Shown here piece by piece: positions 1-12,100 of a stretch of 64,000 nucleotides of DNA. The notes under the pieces were generated by a model, which made no database searches, was not told the origin of the DNA, and was given only the letters and a program-made list of their open reading frames with translations. Position numbers and translations under genes: made by a program. Position 1 is the stretch's first letter, and every line of letters starts with the position of its first letter. Source of the stretch: Azolla caroliniana (Eukaryota > Plantae > Polypodiophyta); assembly GCA_043228905.1 (NCBI GenBank), contig JBHGNT010000021.1, positions 2,666,001 to 2,730,000 on the forward strand. Reading direction: 5' to 3'.

Positions 1-120
1 TTCTCAAATGCATAATATGCTCTTTTTCTCGACTCTTAGCGATGTGTAACACATTCATTCCATCTATGATTTGATGGAACTTCAAGGCCAATATATTTGA
101 AGCTTTCCACATATTGAAAA
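1..120 (-). mobile_element. Fragment of a degenerate RTE/RTE-X-like LINE (second copy of the segment at ~1082-1200)
   Basis: 1-120 is nearly collinear with 1082-1200; both translate as ESFKY(I/F)GLEVPSN(H/K)RWNEC (post-RT region). Confidence 0.65.
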
Positions 121-179
121 GATAGATAAATAGATTTTATTGCTATCTTCGGAGGTAAAATATGACCTATTAGACCAAA

Positions 180-1770
180 AATATTACATTCACGTGATAC
201 ATGTGAAAGTGAGTAGTGACTCTCGATGTTCAAGAACTTACCGATAAATGTTACAATTGAGAGTGCACCTTGTGGTTGTGAGAGAAATTTGTGCAAGGAT
301 TGAGCTTGGTCGAAGATGTGTAGAAAGATCGAATATGATCAAAGTTTGAGCATTATATCAAAGTGTGATACTTTGGCTCTCAAACTTGTTTATGGCTAAG
401 TGTGCATAGTCGACCACTCTCATCACTTGTGCCCCCAACCGCCTCACATCGCAATGCATGTAAGCTAAGTCGCATGGAAGCATTGGTACGAATGGAAGAC
501 AACGAGATGGGCTCTAACATGGATCAATGTGTATGGTTTCCCCATTCTACGAGGAATATGGTTTTGTAGTTGGGTGCAACATGTGTAGTATCATGTGTAA
601 AGTGTGAGCGTCCACATTTTTCTTATGTCATGATACATTGGCATTGCAAAAGGCCTCATTTATAGAGGAATCTAGTGATGCATCATGAAGCAAGTGTGTT
701 ACATCTTATCCACCAAACCATTTTTCTATATCTTGTATCCAACCGGAACACGAATTTTGCTTTTATGTGCCTTTTGGATCTTTTTGCTTGCTTCCCATGA
801 GATTCTAGGAAGTTGATGTGAGGAACTTTTTTGAACCTTAAGCATGTATTCAATAACCCTTTGCATGGCCATGATCTTGATGGGAAGTGATCCTGTCTCA
901 AGGAGGAGGATGGTGTATGGCGTTTGTGAGAAAATGTTTTTGAACATTTTCAAACTCTTTCCAAATAGATTTAGGGATGCTACCACCCCATACTTCCACC
1001 CTATAGAGAAGCATTGAGGTCACCAAAGTGTTGAAATGGTACTTGAGGACCCAACACTTAATATCTTCATGATTGCATGTGTCCTCAAATGCATAATATA
1101 CTCTCTTTCTTGCCTCTAAATGGCGTGTAGCACATTCATTCCATCTCTTATTTGAAGGAACTTCAAGGCCAAAATATTTGAAGCTTTCCATGCATTCAAG
1201 TGGCTCATTATTGTACATAATGCATGGCTTATGGTTTTTTTTTGCTCTTCACAAGCATAATCTTTGTTTTAGAGCTATTGACACTTAATTTAGTATGCAT
1301 GCAAAATTTTCCGATGTCGTCATAAGCTTTTGTGCATCTCCTAAAGTATTTGTAAAAAGCACTACATCATCTACATATAGCAAAAGCATAATGACAACAT
1401 TCCCAATGGCAACTTTTTCAACACCATCCTTTACAAATTTGGCAACCATTTCTTCCAAATCATTAATGCATAGACCAAGTACAGTTTGTGAGAGTGGCCA
1501 TCCTTACTTAACACCAATAGTGCTATTGAAAAAATCTAAAAGTCTATCACTCATACGCACACAACATATAACCTTGTCATAGATTCTGGAAATCACAACT
1601 CAAGTTCTTCCATTCGCCTCCAAAGATGCTCATGAGGTACCATATCAAAAGCTTTCTTAAAGTCTATGAAGAAGCAATATAAACCTCTAAGGCGACTTTC
1701 CTCCATTAATACTCTAAGGGTGACATGGTGATCAATGGTGTTATGGTGTTTCGAAAGCCAACTTGTCCAT
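180..1770 (-). mobile_element. Degenerate RTE/RTE-X-like LINE, 3' part (RT plus C-terminal region)
   Basis: Minus-strand remnants GQVGFR (~1768), FFIDFKKAFD, GVK*GWPLS, LLYVDDVVLF (YADD box), FKYFGLE and MLLYRVEVWG; many stops and frameshifts. Confidence 0.75.
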
Positions 1771-3157
1771 AACCTCCCTTACCCTGTCCCCCGAGGCTAA
1801 CCGTGTCTTAGCGGAAGAAATCGAACGCCTACGACATACCTCCTTCGTATGTAGGTTTCTGGCAGGTAGACCAAGTCGGGGCATGTTTCAGGTGGCTGTG
1901 TTGGAGAACATGCCGGTAATCAAGAGTGTCAGGGGTTTAGGGAAAAACTTCTTCCACATTGAATTAGGTAATGACTCGCTGGCGCAACCATTGGTCGAGC
2001 TCAAGGTACTCGAACTGAAGTACGGCAAGGTGTTGCTCCAACCATGGTCACCAGGGTTCAATCCGATCGAAGAGTTACGGAAACTCAACAACCCTAGGGT
2101 GATCACCGCAACATTTCCTAGCCTCCCTCCACATTTGTACCATCTGCTCCCTCTTTTTGGCGAACAAGTAGGGATGATATGCCCTCAAAAAGCGTCAATG
2201 GCAGACACAGTCGCGGAGGTGCCCAAGTTGCGTATCTTGGTGCCTTCCCTCCATGGACTTCCATCAAGGATTAGACTCTACTCTGAGGAGTTAGGCCTCA
2301 TAGTGGTAAAAGTGGTTTATGAGGGACTCCCGGGGCAGTGTTTCATTTGCAAACAGACAGGACACCTAGCTAAGGAGTGTCCTCGTAAGATTGGAAAGGG
2401 AAGCTCGGGACCACGACCCTCAGGCAAAGTTGGGACAACCAAGGGTGAAGAGGCTCCTTGGCTACCCGTTAAGAAGAAGGGGAAACTTGGAGGCTTAGGT
2501 GCCTCCTCTCCCGCCCTTTTTCATGACCACCCCTTTGAAAGAAGTCCCGCCACCTTGTCACCGGCAAGCGTGGACGAGCAACCCTTGAAACGAGTAAAGA
2601 TCCTCTCTGGGAGTGCCAAGGCACCCGACCTACAGGTGAGAGCTACCAACAGATTTACACTTCTTCAAGGGTTAGGGGATGGCGATCCAGCAGCGTTGGC
2701 AGCAATGTTGTCCCCGTGCGACTCCTCACGCCTTCCCCCCGAACTCCTGTTCTCCACCCCGATGGAGATGCAACCCCAACTTGTACCGTCCACCCCGGAA
2801 GAGAAGTTGGCACAGCCCCCCCTCCCGTTGGAACGTGAATGTGGTAGTGGCCTCAGATTAGTGAAATCGTGGATCCGGGCGGGCAAGCTCAAGGACAAAG
2901 AAAAGGGTAAGATAGGAAGACCAACACCTGGTTTGGCGACAACTCTGTTAGATAGAGGGATGCAAGTTGTGCCACCGCTTCAGAGCACAAATGTATCGTG
3001 GGATCTATTTGAAGCGGGTCGGGAACGACCGGCTGAGAATCTTGTAGGGGATTTGCAGCCTGCAGTGGAGACCATACCCCCCGAAACAGGTGTTAGTTTG
3101 CCCCATGACATGGGGATCGGCCCGAACATGGGCGCCAACGTCACCGTTTTCGGATGA
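1771..3157 (+). CDS. L1 ORF1 protein (DUF4283/RRM-like region plus CCHC zinc knuckle); N-terminus missing
   Basis: Open frame 1763-3157 containing RGLGKNFFHIE, LLQPWSPGF and CFICKQTGHLAKEC. No ATG at the junction with the RTE remnant. Its TGA overlaps the ORF2 ATG (ATGA, 3154-3157). Confidence 0.8.
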
Positions 3158-6100
3158 GGATCCTAACGTGGAATGTACAGGGCCTTGGTGGAGGCCGACA
3201 ACACCAAGAGTGTAGAAGACTTCAGGAGGAGCTGAATCCCCTTAATATAGGGGGCCATATTGACATATTGCTTTTGCAAGAACACCACCTCTCGCAAGAG
3301 CGAACTCAGAGCTTAGTAAACCCCTTGTCGGGTGGGTGGACCACATGGTGGTCGGCTGCGCAGGGTGACCTCCACCGAAGAGGAGGGGTTTGCATCTCGA
3401 TCAGCGATAAGGCCCGATACGAAGTAACATCATCTGGCACGCTGGTGGAGGGTGGGGCCTTATACGTGCTTCTGAAATGGAATCGCCTATAGATTGGGGT
3501 GCTAAACATTTATGCCCCTAACTCAGCCCCCGAGAGAGCAATCTTTTGGAGGATGCTAGCGACAACATTACCTAATGTCGAGGCTTGGGTAATGGCAGGT
3601 GATTTCAACATGACTGAACACCTGGGAGATAGGAAAGGAGGGACCCAGAGGCCTATTTATGGTGCGGAGCTGGATTCATGGGCTTTCCTAATTGGCAAAA
3701 TCGGGGTGAAGGATACATGGGGCTCTTCCCTTAGGCGAAGCTCACATTCGCTGCACTTTTCTAGAGCCGCCGGGAATGCTAGGGGCGGTAGTCTTGCACG
3801 GCTAGACTGCATATACATCAGCTCATCCCTCGAAGAGCTCGGGGGCTCCTTTACTATCTTGGCAGGTCTTACCTTTTCAGATTATCAGCCGGTGAGACTA
3901 GACCTTAACCCACCCAACGATAGCAAGGGCAGTCTCAATGTAAAGATCCCCATAAAGATCATGAAGAGTGAAGAGGTGAAGGCCGGTTTATAGAGTATAT
4001 GGCAGGACACCATGGGCAGTGAATCAGCCAGCGAAGATCTGCAGAAAAAATTGGCCCTCTCCTCCTCCTTTTTGTGGCAGCGCAACGGCTGTTACAGGTA
4101 GACCCTGGTTGCAAATGGTCTAGAGCTAAGCTAGAGGAAGCAAAGATGAAGGTACAGGAAAGGACTTTGGAGAAGAACCGAATGCTGTTTCGAAGAAACG
4201 CAGCATGGTGGGCTAGAAAAGACGACAAGGTCAACCGACATTTCTTTCAGTACAAGGCACCCAAGGGTGGTGCTGGACGTATACACGGGCTGCACAAACC
4301 AGACGGCTCAATAACGGAGGACAAGACTGAGGTTCTAGAAATGGCAACACAATACTATCGTGACCTCCTTGCACCTATGCATGTGTGGCAAAACTCGGAG
4401 CTGGCTGATCGAGTGATGTCTTGCATTCACCCCAAGGTAACCCAAGAGATGGAAGTTGTGCTCGATAGTCCCATCTCTCGTTTAGAGCTTTCGGAGGCAC
4501 TTAGGGGATTGCGAAGGGGTACATGCCCCGGCCCCGATGGTCTCTCACGAGATTTCTTCGAGATTCATTGGGAATGTGTTATCCCGTCCTTGGAAGCCGG
4601 GTTCCAAGAGATTTGGTCCTCAGGAAAGATGCCGATTGGTCTGGCTGAGGGGATGATATATATCATCCCCAAATCCCAAGAGCGAAGCCTAGAGTTGCGC
4701 CAATGGCTTCCAATCACGATCCTTAACACGGCATACAAGATACTCGCTAAAGTCCTAGCTCAGCGATTAGCAAGCTTCTTACCGGACATCATACAGGACA
4801 ATCAAACTGGGTTTGTCAAGAACAGGTGTATCTTTGATAATGTGTTGCTTCTTTGGGAAGCTATGGCATTGGCCGGTCGCTCCGTATCGAGCTCGGCTAT
4901 TTTGATGCTAGACTTCGAGAAGGCCTACAATAGGGTGTTATGGCCCTTTTTGGAAAATGTGATGAGAGCTTTGGGCCTACCTCAAAAATGGAGGAATTGC
5001 ACTTCTGCACTCTATCGGACAGCTACGAGTAGCGTGTTGATGGCTGGATCTAGGGGACCCGCCTTCCAACTACAACGCTCAGTGAGGCAAGGTTGTCCCC
5101 TAGCCCCATATCTCTATCTCTTTGTAACCGAGGCTTTCTCCGCCTACTTACAAGCACCAACTAGCGGGCTGCGGGGATTGCCCATCCCCAATGCGACTGA
5201 AGATTTGTTGTTATCTGAATATGCCGACGATACGGTTCTTTTCTTGCAAGGTGATGAGGAGAATTTACAGCGGGCAGAACATCTTGTCGAGGACTTTTGT
5301 CAGGTGGCTGGTGCCAAGATCAATTGGAATAAAACCCAAGGTCTATGGTTCAACGAACAGGAGACACCAAGATGGCAACCCCATGCCGATTTTACGTGGG
5401 TCCCTAGTGGGACAACTTTCAAGTACCTTGGATTTACGATGGGGAGGTCAATCCCCAAGGGAGCGCAATTGGCCCACATACAAGCCAAAATAAGTAAGAA
5501 GCTGAACCAGTGGAGTAGATCTAAATTGTCCTTCGCTAGTAGGGTCCTTGTGGCGAACCAAGTGCTGCTCGCTACCATGTGGCACTCAGTCTCATGCTGG
5601 ATTATGGACCCTACAGGTTTGCACGCAATTAAGGCTGCCATTAGGGGGTTTATATGGTCGGGTAAGGACAACCCAAGGGCTGCCGCCAGAGTCTCATGGT
5701 GTTGGTTAACGCAACCGCGGGCCAAAGGGGGGCTTGGCCTCATAGACCCCTTAATGCAGAGTCGTGCATTGCTGGCTAAAATGGTGGTTCGCTGCCTCCT
5801 GCCAGGTAAGGGGTGCTGGAAGGTACTTCTTCGCAACAGGCTGCAAGTAGGGACTCCCAAGTATGGTAGGCCTTGGCCTGACTCCTTGAATTGGTGTTGC
5901 ACGAGCGGAGTCCCACCCAGGCTGGCTTGCCATCCGGAGGACAGGGTCACGAACTCCATCTTGCGGGCATGGTGCCATATACGACAACATTTGGTCAAGC
6001 ACACCCTGGAGACATTGACCGAATGGACTAGACAGCCACTATTCTGGAATCCTCATGTGCGAACGAATGACAACGCGATGCTAGGGCAACTTAAGGGCCT

Positions 6101-7400
6101 AGCATGGGGAAAGTTGGCACAAACAGGCCTCCTATCTATAGACGATTGGAGACGCATGGCTGATTCAGGAAGAGCCCAAGAGGACCTTTTCCCTCCCCTC
6201 AAGGGAGCTACGAAAATGCGGAGACTGATAGCTGAGGCAATTGACAGGGTTCCGATGGGGGAGGCGAGAGAACATGCATGGTTCGGTCTCTTTGACGAGG
6301 CTGGAATGGTCAAGTCGATAAAGGGCATGAGCGGATCGGGGAGTGATACAGTTTTTGGGGACAGCCAGAGCAGCGGCTCTTGGCACCCAATCCGAGTGGT
6401 GGCACAGATTGATAACATCTGGAAGACAAACCCGGATGTTGCTAAGGTGGAACCCCATTGGAGGTTAAGGGTATACGGTTGTCGCCCCCTTGTCGATCTG
6501 GATTGGGACCCCGGGGATTTCAGATGGAAACATGACGATAGACTCCACCACTTCTTCGATTACACCACTAAATTGGGTCGGACTTTGCAGCTGCAGCCAG
6601 GCGGCCCCCTTCGCAACGGCTGGCGAACATTGGGCATCCCCGATGAGGCGCTCATTGCCTTTTAGAAGGGTCTTTGGCGTCTCCACATGCCTGAAAAGAT
6701 TAAGCTCTTTTGGTGGCAGATCGGTCATAATGTGGTGCCCGTTGGCGAATGGTTAGATAAACGTGGCGGCCCGTTAGGCTGCCCACTGTGCTCTCTACCT
6801 ATTGAGTCTCTAAGACATTGTTTGTGGGATTGCCCTCCAGCTCAAAAGGTATGGGATAGAGTGACTCGCCTCCTTGTGGCATGTGAAGTTGAAGGAACAG
6901 CCTCGTGGAGCGCTGCGGCATGGATTGATCACTCGGTCGAAGGGTGGACGGACGTCGTCAATGCGGATAGTTGGTGCTATGTATGCACGAGAGGCAAAAT
7001 CGTCAAGATCCGTTTTGAAAGAGGCTTGCAGCCCGCATCCCCTAGGTTTCCGGAAATCTGGATGTTGATCGCAGGTTTCACCTTGTGGTATATATGGAAA
7101 GCGCGTTGCCTCAAGGTCTTCCAAGGTACGGTACGACCCCCGGAGGAAGTGATCATGGACATATGGTTCGCGCTTATCAGTTGCCTACGAGGGCAACTGG
7201 AAGAGGTTTGCAGCCACTCCAACGACGTGACCACTGCCCGTTTGCGCTTTTGGCAGAAATGGCGGAACACACCTATGGTGATGCAAGGCAAGAGTGGCCC
7301 GAGGTGGAACTACCAGCCCCCACGTTGGTTGTTTCCTACTCACCTGCCACCCTCTCTTCGGTGTAGGCCCCAAGAGCCGACTCGTACTAGGCAACATTGA
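3154..7400 (+). pseudogene. L1 ORF2 (APE endonuclease, reverse transcriptase, zf-RVT), disrupted
   Basis: Endonuclease motifs WNVQG, LQEHH, IYAPN, GDFN, RLDCIY, SDY(H). RT motifs LDFEKAY, RQGCPLAP, YADD. Zinc finger CPLC...HCLWDC. In-frame TAG at 3490, 3991 and 6663, and a frameshift near 4070. Confidence 0.9.
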
Positions 7401-9131
7401 AGGGCATCGCCTTGGATATAGGTAGCTTCTTACATTAAGTTAGGCCGCAAGGCAATGTAAGTGACTCATCTTCTTTGGCTTGATTGGAGGAAGTCTCCCC
7501 GATGTGTGTATAAATCTCCTTATAGACTCTATGTAATAATCCTTCCTAACTAATGGGAAAGTAGCTTTACTTTGAAAAAAAAAAAAGGATTAGAACTTAC
7601 AAATGGTATACAAGGCATGAAGTGTGAAACTAATCTGTATGGTATTAGCATAGATTGACATATTCACATTCATGGGGCCTCCCCCACGAATGCATATAAA
7701 TACAAATGTGAATGCATGTAAAAGTATTCGTTTGGAGAGCAACGAACAATTAACAACAAACATTGAACATCGAACAATAGTGCGTGACACCTACATCCTT
7801 GCTTCCTCACTCCCTCCTACATCTTGTCATTGAATGTTAAAGTTTTAGTTGAAATTCATGCTACTTTGAAATCAGTAATTTCTTCTCATCTTATCTCTTT
7901 CTTCTGTATCCAATCTTTTGTTCAAAAATTGTTGTTGTATATTGTTGGTTTTCATCTTCATTAGTTGTTGTCTTTTAGTTTCCCAAAAAGACCTCAAGAG
8001 AGCTAAACAGAGGTTTTTGGTGATTACTAAAAGCTTGGGATGCAAACTTGATCCCGAGAAATTTAAGCGAACTCTTAGCATTGGTATGAGAGACATTCAT
8101 AGACAAATAATTTGTATTCTTTTGTGATAATGGTTCATAAACTCTTTTTTAGTGAATTAATTAAATTTTTTTACGTAAATTTATTTTCCGAATGGTTTTA
8201 TAATATTCTTGGGGGCATTTCTTTTTCTTGAATATTTTGAAAACACACATGTGTCAATCTATATGTAGTAATGGTGCGAGGACTTGCAAGTATCTAGTGC
8301 TGGTTGATACGTTGAAGGAAGTCTATGATGAAGTTCACCAAGTTCATCTGGGAAACCTTGCGTGGAGGCCTTACAATAGGCCTTGTCGTTACCTATGGCA
8401 GTTGGGAAGAGATGTAAAGATTTCGTTGCCATCAACTATAACCCCAAACGAACCAAATTCTGTCGAACACAATAGAGGAAAATTGAAAGGAATTACCAAT
8501 GGTGACAAGCAAACATTCTTTCGGAAAGTTTGCTCTCCAAGATCTTGTAGCCAGCATGGATCCCAACAAGACAAATGAGAGCAGGAAGACAGGCATGTGT
8601 TCTACCTAACAGAATTAACTGACCCGGTTTTTCCTTTGGGAGTAAAGGTCATCATGAGACAACAAAAAGGTGGACACATGTAAACAAATGTGCAAAGATT
8701 ACAATGATAATTTAAGAACTTTTCAAAAATCAAATATTGAAACTTTTCACCTTTATTTATCAATGGTAAATGTTGAATGTACATAATATAAAAAGCCACG
8801 GCAGTTCCTTATTACAATTGGCTTGAACATCAGGGAAAATCTCAGATACACTCAGTGAAGCTAAGTAATGTGACAAAAACCTTAAACCTGTGATGAACTA
8901 CAATTATAAACAAGGTAAATACTAAACCTTCCATTGTCCCATGGAATGGATGAAAAGCAATGTAACAATAGAGGTTATTCATATTTCCAAATGAAGAAGT
9001 TAAACCACATATTAGTACCTCGTCTCTTGGCTCCATATGGACAACACTTCTTGAAGCAATGTGCCTTGGCAGGAATAATATCCTTGAGAGAGCTTTCATG
9101 GAATCACATGAAAAATAGATCAAATTCCATA

Positions 9132-12100
9132 TCAGAATACCTCCTCTGAATTGAACTTGTTCCAAGACTCCTGTACATGCATAATAAACACCTCAATTTA
9201 TGCGATAGGAAAGAATATTACTAAATAAAACAAGACATAACGTGTGAAGAATAACATGATGCATTCATTGCCTTTGCTAACCTTCGTCATTGGGAGATAC
9301 AACTTATGGAATTGATAGTTTCCAGACAGGAAAAATATTCGATTACTTGTTTGCCAATAAGAGATTATTATTGCACAAACATAAATGATGACATCCACTG
9401 ATTAGGCTTCAATTTTTCATGGGAAAAATAACAAAACTACAAAATGATCAAAGCGCCTTTCTAAATAATCACACCATATTTTGAACAACTTCTGAGCCCT
9501 ATCCTCAAATAGAATGTTGATATACAAGAAAACGCTCCCTCATTTGATAAAACATGTAATAGGCTTATAAAACAATAGTTCTCATATGTACCACCATCGA
9601 CCAACCTTTAAGAGATCAAACACTTTCTCAGCGATGTATTTCTGTTGAATTGTCGCACCTTTTTGCTGCACTTTATCTGGGTGTACACATAAGGTAGCCT
9701 TTCTATACACCTTTTTCACAGAAGCTGCGGTTATTAGATCTGTCAATGACACGGCGTGCCAACCACACTCTGGCCAAAGAACCTGAAAAACTTGCAAGAA
9801 TGCAGACGTGTGAAATTAAAATGCCACTTCTTGTAAACAACTTCTACTCTTCTATGATCCTACAAAAATAATAAGTTTTTGGAAGATTCACTGAAACTTA
9901 TAATGACTTTTAGGTATTTACCAGTAATCTTTGTCAAACATAAGCTAAATGTTGAAGTACTTTGAAATATATGATGTTAACCAAAGATTTCCTTATCGAA
10001 GTAGAACTCCAGTCATTTACATACAAAGTTGACAATCATATTTTTACCCTAGAACTTAGTCATTTACATAACAATCCAAGGGAGAAACATACATATTGAA
10101 GTGTTGAGAGCAACGCACGGAGGTTTCCTTCTTTACCAGCAGCCCAACGCTTGATTTCTGAATCGATGACATCGCCAACTCTCTGCGAAATACATCCAGA
10201 AAATACCCAAAGTGAAAGAAATGTTTCAATTCACGAACGGAAGATGAGCAAAAATAACAAAGAAGGAAGATAATGCAATGTTAACCACCACGAGTAAAGC
10301 TTCTAATTCAACCTTCTCAGAGACACATCCATGGCCATAACCTATGCATTGACAGCTATATCATATAAAATGCTAGAACACCCAAAATGTGCAGAAGTTC
10401 CAACTAAACTGATTTTTACAATATATAGGCATACTTATAGTCATTATGCATGAATGCATGCATATAGAAGAAAATTTGGTAAACTTTGAATCAATTGATC
10501 TTACATGTCTTTCTGCTTGATCTCGTTGAGATTGCAAGTCACGTTGGTTCTTCTCATCCAAAGCCTTGGCCTGTGGATATCAAGTGTTCAAACACAATTA
10601 TCAAATGTAATTTTAAACCAAGTTTTGACAACATCAACAATCAAAGGCATTGGAGTTTTTTCCCATGTGTGATTTCTTTGTATATATGCATGAGAATGAA
10701 AAATCATATTGATGTTTCAAAAATATACCAATCTGGTCATTGAGACCAAATCATATGACGTCCATTATTACATCAGAGATCCATACAAGAGAAAGTGCTA
10801 GACATTATAAGTGACATAAGGAAATACAAGTAAAACATTAGTGGGAAAGTGTTAACGAGTGCCCTGACCTGCTCATCAAACTCCAAGATCAATCCTTGAC
10901 ATGACGTCGGTGTGATCCCATAGATCGATCATATGTGGGTTTTCGTGGACCAATCTTGGAGAGGGTGATAGAATTAATACATTGGGTATCCCCATCTACA
11001 ATGTTCTTTACGATGACAGTTCAGACTCAATAGCCTACATAAATGCTAGCTTCATGAACTACTCAGTGGATGGATTCCTACAAAAATCGATGCACATAGA
11101 CGACTATATTCCCCATGTTTCTAGGAAAGCACCAGGATAACTCGGAATTTCCTTTCACCAGCTAGAGATTGATGCAGGACAAGAATTTGCATATCTAGGG
11201 CCAGCAAACTTGGCAAATTATGTGAAGGAGAGGTCAAGAATAAGAACACTGTGCAAATTGCCACTCTACAAACATCAGAGAAAAGTATGCCACTCTTCAC
11301 CAGTACACCAAGCTCCAACAGATGTTGGAGAAGGCTGACCTGCATCACTTTGGCCAAGGCTTACTCAAGATTCAAAAAACATAGTGAATCAACTCTTGTA
11401 TTAACACACAGGGTGAAGACAGTCACTTCCCCAAAAAAGGGCCTACTACAAAGATAATTTCATGAGCTTGTCAGCAAAAGCACGAAAATGGTCAAAAAAA
11501 CACTCAAATTAGTAAAACAAAACAGCCAGAAAAATAAAATAGGCAGTCTGTTTCTAAGAAGGTACAACAAACTTTTGCTGCCACAATGACAGCTTTCTCC
11601 AGGATGCATGTGCTCCATCCTGATGTGAATCTGCATTTGGCTAGCATTCAAGTATATCCCCTCCATCTCCTATGAATGCTCTTATCCCCACCTCTATCAA
11701 AGAGAGATTAATTAATTAACTGATCCGCCGGATATTATAATTAGGATTACCACAAAAAAACTGAGTTGTTTAGACATCGAAAGTTTGTATTATTGTGGTG
11801 CAAAAATGTATTTGTGTTCAAGACTGCAATGCTACAATATCAGCTTCTCAGACACTGAAAACCCAGAAATCCTAAATTCCCAATCTAACGCTTCTCTTCT
11901 AAACAGGAATCCATTTATGCTGGAACTTCCTTACCTTCAAGCTGAAAGACAAACAATTGACCCCTAAAGTATTACTTAAGAACCAAATCCTATCTCTTTA
12001 GCAAATATTCACCAGCTGTTTACCGTTCAAAATTGTAATAACAAATAAGCAGCCTCCTTAAATGAAGCTGGAAAGTCCAGCAACTCTTCAGGTAGGATTG

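Larger units (their letters stand above)
1771..7586 (+). mobile_element. L1-clade LINE, near full length, 5'-truncated, with poly(A) tail
   Basis: ORF1 and ORF2 architecture, a ~175 bp 3' UTR and an A12 tail at 7575-7586. No TSD could be identified. Confidence 0.92.
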
